Source: Octopus vulgaris
Taxonomy: Eukaryota
Assembly: GCA_951406725.2 (NCBI GenBank)
Contig: OX597841.1
Location: 16,864,001 to 16,928,000 of the forward strand
DNA length: 64,000 nt
Reading direction: 5' to 3'
Shown here: positions 1 to 14,168 of the stretch, one piece after another
How the letters are laid out: the number at the start of each line of letters is the position of its first letter
Numbering within the stretch: position 1 is the stretch's first letter
Notes under the pieces: generated by a model
Told to the model about the DNA's origin: nothing
Databases searched by the model: none
Seen by the model: the letters and a program-made list of their open reading frames with translations, nothing else
Made by a program: the position numbers and the translations under genes

Positions 1-570
1 TATATATATATATATATATATATATACATACATGTTTGTATATGTGTCTGTATGTATATCAATACTAATATGGAGATATACATTCGCAAGTGTGTGTGTG
101 TTTGCGACAGTGTGCCCCTTTTAATCTGAAATTCAAAAAAAAATTCATGAAATATACTTGTTTTAGATATAGTCTCAAGAGAAAGAAAATTACACACACA
201 CACACATACACACACATAAGCACACACAAATACAGAAGTAAACAAAGAATCACTATTACACAAACACTGACGCACAGACAGACAAACAAAGCCATCCCGA
301 GACACACAACGTGGCACACACATGAGAGGACGTGGATACGGCGACTCATATTAATACAACGCATCGAATACTCTCACACACACAAATACATATACACACA
401 AATATATATACATATATATATATGTATATATAAGCATGTGTTAGGTCTTCGTTAAAATTTCTTCATTCAAAGCGGATTACAGTCATGTGTTTTACTCCGT
501 ACAATCTAGAATCGTGGACTTCGTTCTGCAGAATTTCCCACTACGATCGTTGCAACATCTGCTGTTCTAA

Positions 571-688
571 GTCTTTGGTCGGCCCGAGGCTATAGTAGAA
601 GACACTCTCCCAAGGTGCCACGCAGTGGGACTGAACCCGGAACCGTGTGGTTGGTAAGCAGGTTACTTACCACACAGCCACTCCTGCA
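571..688 (-). mobile_element. tRNA-derived SINE family 1, 5' head fragment
   Basis: Reverse complement of AGGAGTGGCTGTGTGGTAAG...GGTTCAGTCCC...CACCTTGGG head shared with about 20 other copies in the window. Confidence 0.85.
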
Positions 689-696
689 CAAACTAT

Positions 697-951
697 AAGC
701 GCAGAAGCCCTTAAAGGAAAACGTTTTGAAGAACTGGAAGCGGTGAAGATAAAAACAAGAGAGGCGTTAAAAGGCGACACAAGAGTTCCAGGACTGCTTC
801 GAAGAATGGAAAACACGCGTCGTGGACCGATGGATTGCTTCAAATGGAGAATACTCTGAAGGCGATAAAAATGTAAAGGAAGTAAATACGTAAAAAAGTG
901 CGAAGTGAATAATAATTGCAAAATTCTGGTCCCTTTTAGGTATCCCCCGCG
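697..951 (+). mobile_element. mariner transposase 3' end relic plus terminal inverted repeat end
   Basis: With frameshifts reads ALKGKRFEELEAVKIKTREALKG..TQEFQDCFEEWKTR..DRWIASNGEYSEGDK, a mariner C-terminal pattern; ends AAATTCTGGTCCCTTTTAGGTATCCCCCGCG|TA. Confidence 0.75.
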
Positions 952-995
952 TATATATAAGCGTAGAAGCCCATAAAGGAAAACGTTTTGAAGAA

Positions 996-1263
996 CGCAG
1001 GAGTGGCTGTGTGGTAAGTAGCTTGCTTACCAACCACATGGTTCCGGGTTCAGTCCGACTGCGTGGCACCTTGGGCAAGTGTCTTCTACTATAGCCTTGG
1101 GTCGACCAATGCCTTGTGAGTGGATTTGGTAGACGGAAACTGAAAGAAGCCTGTCGTATATATGTATATATAGGCGAGAATGGCTGTGTGGTAAGTAGCT
1201 TACCAACCACACGGTTCGGGTTCAGTCCACTGCGTGGCACCCTGTCGTATATAGCCTGTCGTA

Positions 1264-1310
<47 letters not shown>

Positions 1311-1558
1311 TTGTGTGTCTGTGTTTGTCTTCCTAGCATTGGTTGACAACCGATGCTGGTGTTGTTTATGTCCCCGTCACTTAGCGGTTCGGCAAAAGAG
1401 ACCGATAGAATATGTATGTTTGTGTGTCTGTGTTTGTCCACCTAGCATTGCTTGACAACCGATGCTGGTGTGTTTACGTCCCGGCGTCGATTTGATCGAC
1501 TAAAAGGCGGTGCTCCAGCATGGCCGCAGTCAAATGACTGAAACAAGTAAAAGAGTAA
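996..1558 (+). mobile_element. SINE family 1, near full length with internal duplications
   Basis: A/B-box-like tRNA head, CORE-like GGCACCTTGGGCAAGTG block, internal (TA)n, 3' module ending GAAACAAGTAAAAGAG. Confidence 0.9.
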
Positions 1559-1724
1559 CTCAATACGCAAGATTTCCAGTGCTGCTTCGAAGAATGGAAA
1601 ACGCGTTTGGACCGGAGCCTTGCTTCAAATGAAGAATATTCTGAAAGCGATAAAAGTATAAGCCCGTAAAACTAAGTGAAGAGACTGATATTGCTGTTTT
1701 CCGGTTTCTTTAGGGTACGCCCCT
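1559..1724 (+). mobile_element. second mariner transposase 3' end relic
   Basis: TQDFQCCFEEWKTRLDRSLASNEEYSESDK, paralogous to 780-870; ends TTTCCGGTTTCTTTAGGGTACGCCCCT|TA. Confidence 0.7.
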
Positions 1725-1999
1725 TATATATAAGCGCAGAAGTCCTTAAGGGTCTACCCCCTCGGACATACAGACATCTCTGGGCTAAACCCTCGTACAT
1801 ACAAACATGCATACATACATACACGACGGGCTTCCACACACAAGGTTTTGGTCGGCCCCGGGCTATAGTAATATACATATGACCAAGGCGCCACGCAGTA
1901 GGACTGAACCCGGATCCATGAAGTGGGGAAGCAAATCTTCTTTCTGCACAGTCACGTAGCGCCAACAACGACAGACAGACAGACACCAAATATATATCT

Positions 2000-2087
2000 T
2001 GAATTACACACATACAATCAGATACACATATACACATACAATTATACATACACACATATATATACACATACTTGTATCCATACACAT

Positions 2088-2120
<33 letters not shown>

Positions 2121-2371
2121 CATACAAGTATACATACACATACAAACATGTATATATGCACATACAAATATACATACACATACACACATATATATACACA
2201 TACAAATTACATACACATATATATACACATACCAATACACATACACATATATATATACAGACATACAAGTATACATACACATACATACACACATACACAT
2301 ACATACACACATACACATATATATATACACATACAAGTATACATACACATACACACATGTATATATGTGTG

Positions 2372-2422
<51 letters not shown>

Positions 2423-2890
2423 GTTTTGCTTTTATGTTAGTGTGAGAATGTGTTTGTGTCTGTCTTACCATCCAACCTGCTATTTGTCTGTCGAAAATTG
2501 GTGTTAACCGAAGCCATTATCATTTATATACACACTTTCCAGCTATATATATATATACACACATACATACATCAACCTATACACCTCATGTATACACACA
2601 CACATTTTACATATATATGTAACTTATACTCACGTGTATGGGTATGCATGTTTATGTATGTATAGTTGTGTGTTGGTGTATAAATGTGTGTGTGTATGAG
2701 TGTGTGTGTGTAGGTATATATATATATATATATATGTATATGCATATATAGCTGTGTGTAGGAATATATATAGATATATGTCTTTGTGTGTATAGTTGTG
2801 TGTAGGTGTGTATATATATGTACGTTTGTGTGTGTGTGTATAGGTATATCTATGTATATATATATGTATGCATGTAAAGCTGTGTGTAGG

Positions 2891-2925
<35 letters not shown>

Positions 2926-3012
2926 TTATGTATGTATAGTTGTATGTATGTATATATATATATATATGTGTATATGTGTGTGTGTGTTTATGTATGTATA
3001 GTTGTATGTATG

Positions 3013-3051
<39 letters not shown>

Positions 3052-3577
3052 TTATGTATGTATAGTTGTATGTATGTATATATATATATAGCTGTGCGTG
3101 TGTGTATATATATCTGTGAATGTATATAGCCACACGCACCTAAACGTACCGTAAATATAGTAATTTCAACTGATTAACTCGCAAACAATCATTTGTACAC
3201 ACGTACATATAAAAATACGTACCATAGAAACGTACTCTGATACTTGTATATATATGTACATATATACATACATATACAATTGTGTGTGCATCCGTATGTA
3301 TATATATTTATATATATATATATACACCTATGTGTATACAAATACTAAAAGCGTAGCGTCACGTAAAGTAAGTTGGAATTTAAAGTCTTAGCGATAATTC
3401 TTCTTTAAGACAAACACGGACCTTCTCCTGCCCACACGCCCCCTTATAGCCACACATTCACGTCCGCATTTGCGCAGAAGTATACACACGAACTCACACA
3501 TGCACACATACACACACGCACGGTCACGCAGAAGAGCACATGCATACGTACATAGAGAGATATACATGCACACACAT

Positions 3578-3609
<32 letters not shown>

Positions 3610-3732
3610 TATATATATATAAACACATATATATACACACATGCATACGCACCAAGACATTACATACGTGTATGTATATATATATATACATGTATGTATA
3701 TATATACTTTTATATATACTTATGTATATATG

Positions 3733-3806
<74 letters not shown>

Positions 3807-4260
3807 TGCTTTTACTCTCAGAAAAACAAATACTAGCTTCTATACATTCACTCAGATTTAGAAAGCTACATGGAGTACCCATACACTCATATACATACAA
3901 ATGCATTTAGACATACATACACGCAGTCATACATAGTCATGTATACATACATATATACATACATATATATACATACATACATACGCACTTACATGCATAT
4001 TTACATACATACATACAATCATATATACTGTTATACGTACATAAATATATACATACGCACATCTACACACATACATATATACATAGATATCTACATACGG
4101 ACTTACATATATATATATATACACACACACAAACATACGATCATACATACATACATAAAGTTATACATTCATAGATACATATACATACATATCTACATAC
4201 ATATACACATACATATTTACATACAATCATTTCTTACATACAGGTATACATACATAGATA
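2000..4260. repeat. compound (TA)n/(CA)n/(TG)n/(TACA)n microsatellite tract
   Basis: Directly visible low-complexity dinucleotide and tetranucleotide runs with short higher-order duplications. Confidence 0.95.
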
Positions 4261-4608
4261 CATACATACGCACTGATGCACCACGTGACCTACCAAACCT
4301 CATTTTAAATGGCTGCCATAAATTTACTGGATGAGCTGCGTACACGCATAAAATTACAAATGCATCGTACATACATACGGACATTTGTACAATCACACAC
4401 ACATACACACACACACACACACGTCTCTCTTTTACAATTTTAAAATCTTTTATCTGTTGCGGTCATTAGACTGCGGCATGCTGGGGCAATGTCTTGAAGA
4501 TGGTCAGTCCAATGAATCGACTATTTTCAACTGGTACTTATTCTATCGGTCTCTCTTGACGACAGCTAAGTTACGTTAGCGTAAACACAGCGATACCAGT
4601 TTTATATA

Positions 4609-4993
4609 TCTCTCTATATATAAACGGCAGTTTGTCTGTGCGTGTTTCTGTGTGTCTGTTTTCTCGTACCTCACCCTGACCACGGCTTTCAACCGATTCT
4701 GATGAAACTTGACACACACATAGCCCAATGTCATAATTCAAAACTAACGCAGCGAAAATTTTGAAAAGTTAACCCCAGTTCTGAAAAATCGATAAATTCG
4801 ACATGGGGTCGAGAATCAAAAAAAACAAACCACAGACTGTCTAGGGGACGCAACTCAACCTTTTTTTACTCTCAAAAAAAAATTTACCATAATTTTTTTT
4901 CCATTTTTTTGCTATTTTTTGGCTATAACTCTCTAAAAATGCTTTATAGTTATTTCCCTTACAAACCTGAGCAACGCCGGGCGATACTGCTAG
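4609..4993 (+). mobile_element. non-autonomous Helitron-like element
   Basis: A|TC 5' end, subterminal hairpin CCTGAGCAACGCCGGG, 3' CTAG|T, no TSD. Confidence 0.75.
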
Positions 4994-5016
4994 TATATAT
5001 ATATATATAGACGCTA

Positions 5017-5202
5017 TGATAGATCGTTAGCTCCTACACGCATTTTTTTCTCTCCTTGTTTTTTTTCTGTGTATCTTTCTGTCGAAGAGCGTAGGCTCGA
5101 AACGGAAAAGACTTTTTCTATTCCTGAGCGCTATACTAATACATTTCTTTGTTTGTACTCCACCTGCCTTCGTCTTTTGTTTATTTTCGTAAACTTTCCC
5201 GT

Positions 5203-5205
<3 letters not shown>
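5017..5205 (+). mobile_element. short HHR-bearing element family A (copy 1; cleavage-site U mutated to G)
   Basis: TCTTT-CTGTCGA-A-GAGC GTAG GCTC-GAAA-CG-GA-AAAGA at 5074-5111; flanked by (TA)n; homologous to copies at 15.9, 48.9, 49.3, 53.0 and 53.4 kb. Confidence 0.7.
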
Positions 5206-5249
<44 letters not shown>

Positions 5250-5278
5250 AATGTACGTGTACTCACACACACATATAT

Positions 5279-5678
5279 TCTTTTCTACTCTAGGCACCTT
5301 GCCCAAAATTTTGAGGGAGGGGGCCAGTCAATTAGAGCGACCTCAGTACGCAACTGGTACTTCATTTATCGTCTTCGAAAGGATGAAAAGCAAAGTCGAT
5401 CTAGGCGGAATTTGAACTCAGAACATAAAGACAGATGAAATACCTATTTCTTTACTGCCCACAAGGGGCTAAACACAGAGAGGACAAACAAGGACAGACA
5501 AACGGATTAAGTCGATTATATCGACCCCAGTGCGCAACTGGTACTTATTTAATCGACCCCGAAAGGATGAAAGGCAAAGTCGACCTCGGCGGAATTTGAA
5601 CTCAGTACGTAGTGGCAGATGAAATACCTCCAAGCATTTCGCCCGGCGTGCTAACGTTTTTACCAAGCTCGCCACCTT
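5279..5678 (-). mobile_element. tRNA-derived SINE family 2 (Nin/Deu-like core), head plus two bodies
   Basis: Reverse complement of GAGTTCAAATTCCGCCGAGGTCGACTTTGCCTTTCATCCTTTCGGGGTCGAT..AAGTACCAG, present twice. Confidence 0.85.
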
Positions 5679-6559
5679 CATACACACATATATTAATATG
5701 TGTATCAATGCATATTTGCGTTTATATATATATGCGTGTGTGTATATATATATATATATATACATACACATACAGGTATAGCTATAACTATGCCTATTTA
5801 TTCCCTAGTCTCTCCCCCTCTTTATGTGTCTATATGCAAATATATGAATAAGCATGTATGTATACATATAGATATGCATATGTATATATGTGTATATATG
5901 TGTGTGTGTGTCCTTATATAATAACTTAGTGAAACTGAAGTCCTTTTCCCTCATAAAATGCCAACGACAATAATATAACATAACACTATAAAACACTAAA
6001 ATAAACGCATAAGGAAGAAATAAACATCCAAAAAGTTTCTTCAAAAAAGAGACAAAAACACAAACGAACGCAAAGGAAAGACTCTCTCTGATTCCAATCT
6101 CGGGGAAAACCGTTAAGACGAAAGTCAAAAATATAACAACCACAACAGCAACTACAATACTACTACTACTAATGATGATGATAATAATAGCAATAAGAAT
6201 ATTAACCAAGAAGCAGCAACTAATAAATTTAAAAAGCATTTATATAGAAGAGGTAAAAAAAAAAGGAAAGGAAAGAACAATATCGCAGCAACATGAACGA
6301 ACGATAATTCGCCATTTTGTTTAGCCTTAGCAACGCAAGTCACGTCAGAGCGTTTTCTTCTGCAGACAGACGGCCATCTTTTATGTCGTTCTACATTCGA
6401 CATTTGGACAGTTTTGTGGTTTTGTTTTTGTGGTGTTTGTTTTGCTTCGTTTTGCTTTGTTTTGTGTTGTTTTGTTTTTGCGCAGACCCTTCCTCTGTCG
6501 ACTCTAACCCACTCTCCACTCCGTCCATATTTAACGGTTTTCTTAAGATAAAGGGAAGT

Positions 6560-6962
6560 AGGGGGGAGAGTGGGAGAGGGAAAGGGACACAGAGAGGGAG
6601 GGAGAGAGAGAGGGACAAAGAAAGAGACAGACAGACAGACAGAAGAGACGAGGGAGAGAGTGACAGAGGGGAGAGGGGAAATAGAGAGTGTGTGTGACAG
6701 AGGAGAGATGGGAAAGAGAGAGAGTGACAGAGGAGAGAGAGGAAAGAGAGCGACAGTGAGAGAGAGAGAGAGAGAGGAACAGACTGACAGAGACAGACGG
6801 ATTGACAGTCACACAGAGAGCGACAGAAAGGGAGAGAGATAGAGAGGGAGTGAACCACAGAGAGGGACAGAGAAAGAGAGAGAACGATAGAGAGAGAGAG
6901 AGAAAAGGAGAGAGTTTGTTGGGGCGGCAGAGAGAAGAGGATAGAGATAAAGAAAGAGAGAA
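6560..6962. repeat. (GA)n/(GACA)n polypurine tract
   Basis: Directly visible. Confidence 0.95.
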
Positions 6963-7159
6963 GCATGACATGACGTTTACGATGTTAGAACGGGTTGCTG
7001 TAGGTGGCGTTGTTGTTGTTGCTGTTGGTGGCGTTGTTGTTGTTTCCTGGCTGCGTCAGTTGTTGTTATTGGTCGGGGGTGGGGAGTAACGTGGAGCCAT
7101 GGTAGAAGTAATGGTCGTGCGATGTAGATGGCGCGCTTGGTTTGTGTTGTGAGAACGGT

Positions 7160-7900
7160 GACTACGACGATGATGATGGTAATGATGGTTATGATGGTTA
7201 TGATGATGATGATAATGATGGTTATGATGATGATGGTTATGATGGTTATGATGATGATGATGGTTATGATGATGGTGATGGTTATGATCATGATAGTAAT
7301 GATGGTTATGAAGATGATGAACAGGAGGAAGAGGTGGATGACTATGATGATGATGAAGTTGCTGATGAGGATGATGATGATGATGGTGAGTGGTGGTGGT
7401 GATTACGACGTTGCTGCTGGTGATGATGGCGATGATTATGATGATGATCATGAACCGAAGGAAGAGGTGGAGGACTGTGAGGATTATGAAGTTGCTGATG
7501 ATGATGATGAGTGGTGATTTTGGTGATTACGATGTTGATGATGATGATGATGATGGTGATGATAATGGCGATGATGGTGATGATTATGATGATGATGTTG
7601 AAGAGGTGGAGGACTATGATGATAATGAAATTGCTGATGATGGGGATGAGTGGTGGTGGTCATTACGACGTTGATGATGATGATGATGATGATGGTGATG
7701 ATTATGATGATGAAGGGGAAGAGGTGGAGGACTATGATGATAATGAAGTTGCTGCTGCTGATGATGATGATGATGATGATGATGATGAGTGGTGGTGGTC
7801 ATTACGACGTTGATGATGATGATGATGATAGTGGTGGTGATGATGGCGATGATTATGATGATGATGATGATGGTGGTGATGATGACAATGCTTGTGATTG
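7160..7900. repeat. (GAT)n tract with about 4 higher-order units of about 120-140 bp
   Basis: Recurrent GAAGAGGTGGAGGACTATGATGA...GAGTGGTGGTGGTCATTACGACGTTG at about 7328, 7460, 7600, 7718. Confidence 0.9.
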
Positions 7901-8274
7901 TTAACTCTAGGAAGTTTATTTCAAATAGTGTTGATGTTGTTGTTGTTGACAGTGGCGACGGTGGTGGTGGCGGCGGCGGCGGCGGCAGCGTTGATGGTGA
8001 TGGCCGTGGTGGTGGTATTGGTGGCGTCTGGCGGTGACGGTGGTGGTAACGTCGGTGGCGATGGTAGTTGTGGTGGTGGTCGTGGCAGGGATGTCGTTGG
8101 AGATTTGGTCACGGCTATGGTTGTCGTGCAGGCGGCGGTGGCGGCGGCGGCGGCCGTGGTTATTGTGATGGTGGTGGTGGTGGTGGTGGTGGTGATGGTA
8201 AAGTTGTGTGGACAATGGAGGATGAGTCGCAAATCCAGAAATAGTCGTTGCGTTCATCGGTTCAGTTCTAATTA

Positions 8275-9060
8275 CTGTGGCTGCTGCTGAGGCTGCTGCT
8301 GCTACTACTGCCACTGACGCTATTGCGGCTACTGATGCTACTACGGCCACTGCTGCTACTTCGGCTACTACTACTACTGCTACTACTTCGGCTACTACTA
8401 CTGCTACTACTTCGGCTACTACTACTACTACTACTGCGGTTACTACTGCTACTATTTCGGCTACTACTACTACCACTGCTGCTACTACTGCTACTACTTC
8501 GGCTACTACCATTGCTGCTGCTACGGCTACTACTGCTACTACTTCGGCTACTACTGCTACTACTGCGGCTACTACTGCTACTACTTCGGCTGCTACTACT
8601 ACCACTGCTACTACTACTGCTACTACTTCGGCTACTACTACTACTACTACTCGGCTACTACTACTACTACTGCGGCTACTACTGCTACTACTTCGGCTGC
8701 TACTACTACCACTGCTGCTACTACTGCTACTACTACTACTACTACTGCTACTACTTCGGCTACTACTACTGCTACTACTTCGGCTACTACTACTACTACT
8801 ACTGCTGCTACTACTGCTACTACTTCGGCTGCTACTACTACCACTGCTGCTACTACTGTTACTACTTCGGCTACTACTACTGTTACTACTTCGGCTACTA
8901 CCATTGCTGCTGCTACGGCTACTACTGCTACTACTTCGGCTACTACTACTGCGGCTACTACTGCTGCTATCACTGCTACTGCAGCTACTGCTGCTACAAG
9001 TGCTACTACTGCTACTACTACCACTACTACTCCTAATACTGCCACTGCTGCTGCTATTGG
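8275..9060. repeat. (CTA/CTG)n trinucleotide tract punctuated by CTTCGG
   Basis: Directly visible; reading frame slips from Thr/Ala to Leu near 8650. Confidence 0.9.
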
Positions 9061-10023
9061 TTAGCCCTGGACCCCTAAATTCTGCAGCCCCTTTTTTCAT
9101 CTCTAATCCCCTTTCATAACTGTTTCATTCTGTTCGACCCTCGCAGCCATTCTAGAGAATTCCTTCCAAATTCCTTCTTTGTTTTTCTGCAAATTGACTC
9201 ATCGTTTATCATTTATCCTCTGTATATTTCGGTCACTCGACTGCGGCCATGCTGCAGCACCGTTTTGAAGAATTTTAGGCGAAAGTATCGATCCCGGTGC
9301 TTGTTTTTGACTTTTGCTTTTTTTTGTTTTCTTTTTTTGTAAAGTCTGGTGCTTATTCTATCGGTGTCCTTTTGTCGAATCGCTATGTTACGGGGGATGT
9401 AAACACAACACTGGTGATGATGGTGGTGGTGGTGGGGCAAGCACAGAAGCAAAGACATACGCACATATGCATATAGACACCCAGACAAAGTGAGAGAGAG
9501 ACGCAGAAGTGGTATGGTAAGTAGCTTGCTTACTTTCGGTTACCCAGAATGCAACACTAGTTGGTCTGGACTGTTACAGTGACAAGATGTGAGTTTTTTG
9601 GGGGCTCCGTGAATAGAAAAAAGAACAAAAAGAAAATTGTCAATTATGGCTCGCTATAGCGAGCAAAATACTGGGTTCTCATCACCGTAACGGTGAATTG
9701 AGAATTTTTGCTTGAAAATTCTTTTTGGAAATTCTAGTGGGCGTATCTCGCCAGAAAAAGTACAATTTTTCCGAACTTCAAGAATAAGCCATTTGGATTA
9801 CCTTTTTGGAGTATTATACAAAGGATTCCTTGTCTGTGCTATTTGTGAGGTTTTACTTTTATTTTTCCCTTCTTCTATTTTTTCTTTCTTTCTAAATTTT
9901 GGTTCATTCTTTTCATTACTTTAATTTCAGTTTCCTCCCCTCCTCTTTTATTTTGTTTTATTTTTATTCGGTTTAATTTTTTGGCAGACTGTCTTTTGAA
10001 CTACTTTTGAACTGTTTTTTGAC

Positions 10024-10650
10024 ATGGCAGAGAAGGAACTTAAAAAGAAAAACTTAGAGTGGGAAATTAACCCGCCTAAGCAGTGATTAAAAGATATGGA
10101 GGAGAAGACGATGGTGCTTAGAACTTATTCTAAAGTTCTTAATTCCATCACCGTCTTCCTAAAACAAGTTATAAAAATTGAACTTAAAGACTATTTGTCC
10201 TCTTTAAAATATATATCCCGTGGTGTCAAACATGCAACCGTATGGTTGCTGTTCCGTCTGCATGTCCCGAAGTTGTGCCACCCACGGTGGAAGAAACCAC
10301 CCCACCCTTAAAGATGATCAATTAATTATCTTTTTCTATAAGGGCGGGGAGGTGGAAAAATAGTAGAAGAACATAAAGAGACAGTAGATATGCCCTTCAC
10401 ACGGGATCCTGAATGGCCTCCGCAGATAGCTTTGGAGGTCATAAGGTTTCCCTTGTGGGAAAGGCTTAAAGGATTTGGGGAGGAGAGTCGCATATGGCGG
10501 GGCGGCCCTTACGCGACTTACATGTCCTACATGAGTGAGGCATGGGAAATGGCGGGATACAGGAACTCAAGAGGCATTGAAGATAATGATGAATATATCG
10601 ATGGATATATCGAAGAGTCAGAGGTGAAAGACCCTCGTTATAGGGTTTGA
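10024..10650 (+). pseudogene. disrupted ORF, probably a retrotransposon ORF1/gag-like relic
   Basis: MAEKELKKKNLEWEINPPKQ*LKDMEEKTMVLRTYSK...YISRGVKHATVWLLF continues through an in-frame stop and apparent frameshifts; lies in a 1.25-kb microsatellite-free block that interrupts a SINE head at 9533; family not identified. Confidence 0.35.
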
Positions 10651-10787
10651 AACCTCATATTGAATGAATTTTTAAATAAAGAAAATGTTTCCGAGAAAAA
10701 TCCAATCCATTCCGAGAAAAATCCAATTAGGGTCGTTTATTCATTTATTCATTCTATTTCATTTCCATTCATTAATGTGTTTGTTCC

Positions 10788-10830
<43 letters not shown>

Positions 10831-10973
10831 CACACATATATATATGGTTGTGTGTGTGTATGCGAGTGTATTTCTGTATTGACATAAAATAGACTAGATC
10901 AGATATATGTTTTTGCTGCCGGAAACGGATCAAATTATTAAGTTGATTTATTCATGTTGATACTGTTCCAGCA

Positions 10974-11023
<50 letters not shown>

Positions 11024-11138
11024 CGTTGTTGTTATTGTTGCCGCTAATGGTAGAGGTGATAAACTTTGTTCTCACCGCTAAGACACACACTCCGAAACAC
11101 ATGCGTACATACATATATACATACATATATATGTATGC

Positions 11139-11191
<53 letters not shown>

Positions 11192-12577
11192 CATAGTTGT
11201 ATACTGTGTGTGTGTGTGTGTGTGTATACACATACGTATATACATTTCTATATTGTTCTAATTAATCTATTATGGACGTATTCGTATACGTGCATATATA
11301 TATATATGTATGTATACATACAGACGCATGCACACGCACGCTCACATACACATAAATATTTATATATATATATATATGTGTGTGTATATATATATGTCTG
11401 TGTGTATATATATGTGTGTATATATATGTGTGTGTATATATATGTGTGTGTATATATATATATGTGTGTGTATATATATATGTGTGTGTGTATATATGTG
11501 TGTGTATATATGTGTGTGTATATATATGTGTATATATATGTGTGTATATGTATATATATATATATACATATTATGTACTATATATAGAGAGAGAAAGAGG
11601 GGAGAAAGAGAGACAAGTATACATTAAAATGTATATCTATGTATGTCATATATATACACACACGCATACATACATACATCTTAATATATCATATGCTATA
11701 TATAAAAATCGAAGTATCTCCAAGATCACTCAATACTTTTCAGTAGAGCATAGTATTGTATCAACAAGTATGCACACACATATGTATATGTATATATATG
11801 ACAGGCTTCTTTCAGTTTCCGTCTACCAAATCCACTCATTAATTTGTGTGTGTATGTATTTATGTGTATTTATGTATGTGTGTATTTAAGTGTCTATGTA
11901 TGTATCTATGTATGTATATATGTATGTATGTATCTATGTATGCATCTATGTATGTATGTATGTATGTATGCATGTATGTATGTATGCATGTATGTATGTA
12001 TGCATCTACTTATGTATGTATGCATCTATGTATGTATGCATCTATGTATGTATGCATCTATGTATGTATGTATGCATTTATGTATGTATGCATCTAGGTA
12101 TGTATGCATGTATGTATGTATGTATATATGATGGCGTTCCTAATGATGGTAGTAATAATAGCATCGATAGTGGTGGCGGTTTAAGTGGTATTTGTCGTAG
12201 CGGTGGTGGTTGTAGTGCTGGTAATGGTCTCGTAGATGATGATGATGATGATTTTAGGCCGAAAGTGTAGGCGAAGGCCAAATGGTCAGGCTACAAAATC
12301 CATCACCTTTGTGACTTCGAAACAGCTCGTACGTAAGGAGAAATTTTGCCTGCAAAACATCCACCCTCTCTGTCTGCCTATCTCTCTCTCCTCCTCACAC
12401 TCAGAATTCACCATAATAATATAGAGAGGAAGAAAGAAATACCAGTATAATAGTTATTCGTATCTAACTTCTCATTGGTCAATGCAAAGTCCCGCCAGCG
12501 TTGTCCGACAAATTCTGCCGCACGTTGCCGCATCACGTGTCGCATATTTTCATATAGTTATTGTAACAGACGGCACT

Positions 12578-13350
12578 CGTGGTGGTGGTGGTGGTGATCG
12601 TAGTTGCCATTGTGGTGGTGGTAGGTGTTGTGATGGTGGTGGTGATGGTCTCATTGTGGTGGTGGTGGTGGTGGTGGTGGTGATGGTATTGTTGTTATTG
12701 GTGATGGTGTTGTTGATGGTGGCGATGATGGTGTTGCTGATGGTGGTGGTGGTGGTGATGGTATTGTTGTTGTTGGTGTTGGTGTTGTTGGTGATGGTGT
12801 TCTTGTTGATGCTGGTGATGGTGGCGATGATGGTATTGGTGATGGTGGTGGTGGTGATGGTGGCGATGATGGTATTACTGATGGTGGTGATGGTATTGTT
12901 GTTGTTGTTGGTGATGGTGTTCTTGTTGATGCTGGTGGTGGTGGTGATGGTGGCGATGATGGTATTACTGATGGTGGTGGTGGCGGTGATGGTGTTGTTG
13001 TTGGTGACGGTGTTGTTGGTGGTGATGGTGGCGCTGAGGGTGTTGATGTTGATGGTGGTGGCGGTGATGGTATTGGTGGTGGTTGTGGTGGTGGTGCTGG
13101 TCGCGGTGCAGAGTGCGATGAAGATGAGTAGGAGGAGGAGGAGGCAGGAGGTGATGGTGATGGCGTTCCTAGTGATGGTAGTAATAGTAGTATCGATGGT
13201 GGTGGCGGTTTAAGTGGTATTTGTAGTGGCGGCGGTTGTGGTTGTAGTGCTGGTAATGGTCTTGTAGATGATGATGATGACGGTTTTGCTGATGGCCCTA
13301 GTAGTGGTGAATAGTGATGGCACTGATGGTGGGGAAATGGTGGCGGTGGT
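12578..13350. repeat. (GGT/GAT/GTT)n trinucleotide tract
   Basis: Directly visible. Confidence 0.9.
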
Positions 13351-13532
13351 GAACGATAAATGTAAAGTTTTACTGTCCCATGTCCGAATATAGTAGTAGT
13401 AGTAGTTGTAGTAGTTATAGTAGTAGTAGTAGTAGTAGTTGTAGTAAAGTGGAGGGGAAAGGAGGAGGCGGGTAAGAAACATGATTCGTATGTGTGTATG
13501 TGTTCACATACTACACATGTGTATATACATAC

Positions 13533-13566
<34 letters not shown>

Positions 13567-14101
13567 CTAGTGTACGTGTATACACCAACATACACATACG
13601 TCTGTGTGCGATTATATATATGTGCATGCATATACATATGTTTGCATGTATATATATATATATATATTAAAATGTATGTCTGAATACGTATGTATTTTTA
13701 TATATGTGCGTGTGTGTGTACATATATATATATATGTATATAAATATATGTAACTATATGTATATATATATATGCATATATATATTTATATATCTTTACA
13801 TATATATGCATATGTATATATATATAACTGTATATGTGTTTATATATATATGCATATATATATTTATATATCTTTACATATATATGCATATGTATATATA
13901 TATAAGTGTATATGTGTTTATATATATATATATATATATATATAACATATAAACACTCATGTAAATTCATATATATAGGCGTGTATATATATAGATATGT
14001 ATGTGTGTGTGTGTGTGTGTGTATATGAGACTGTGCGTGTGTGTAAATGTACACTAACACACACATGCACATAAGCCAAAATGCCCGTGTGGATATGTAT
14101 G

Positions 14102-14168
<67 letters not shown>

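Noticed and set aside
4699-4708. CTGATGAAAC as a hammerhead
   Set aside because: No stem II between the core halves; part of the Helitron-like internal sequence
7142-7904. Acidic D/E-rich protein
   Set aside because: Each repeat unit changes frame or hits a stop at the EWWW junction
8277-9119. Mucin or antifreeze-glycoprotein-like Thr/Ala ORF
   Set aside because: Slips into poly-Leu mid-way, no signal peptide or unique domain; explained by (CTA/CTG)n
12651-13637. Extensin-like Pro/Ser-rich ORF
   Set aside because: Antisense reading of (GGT/GAT)n, starting in a TA/CA microsatellite
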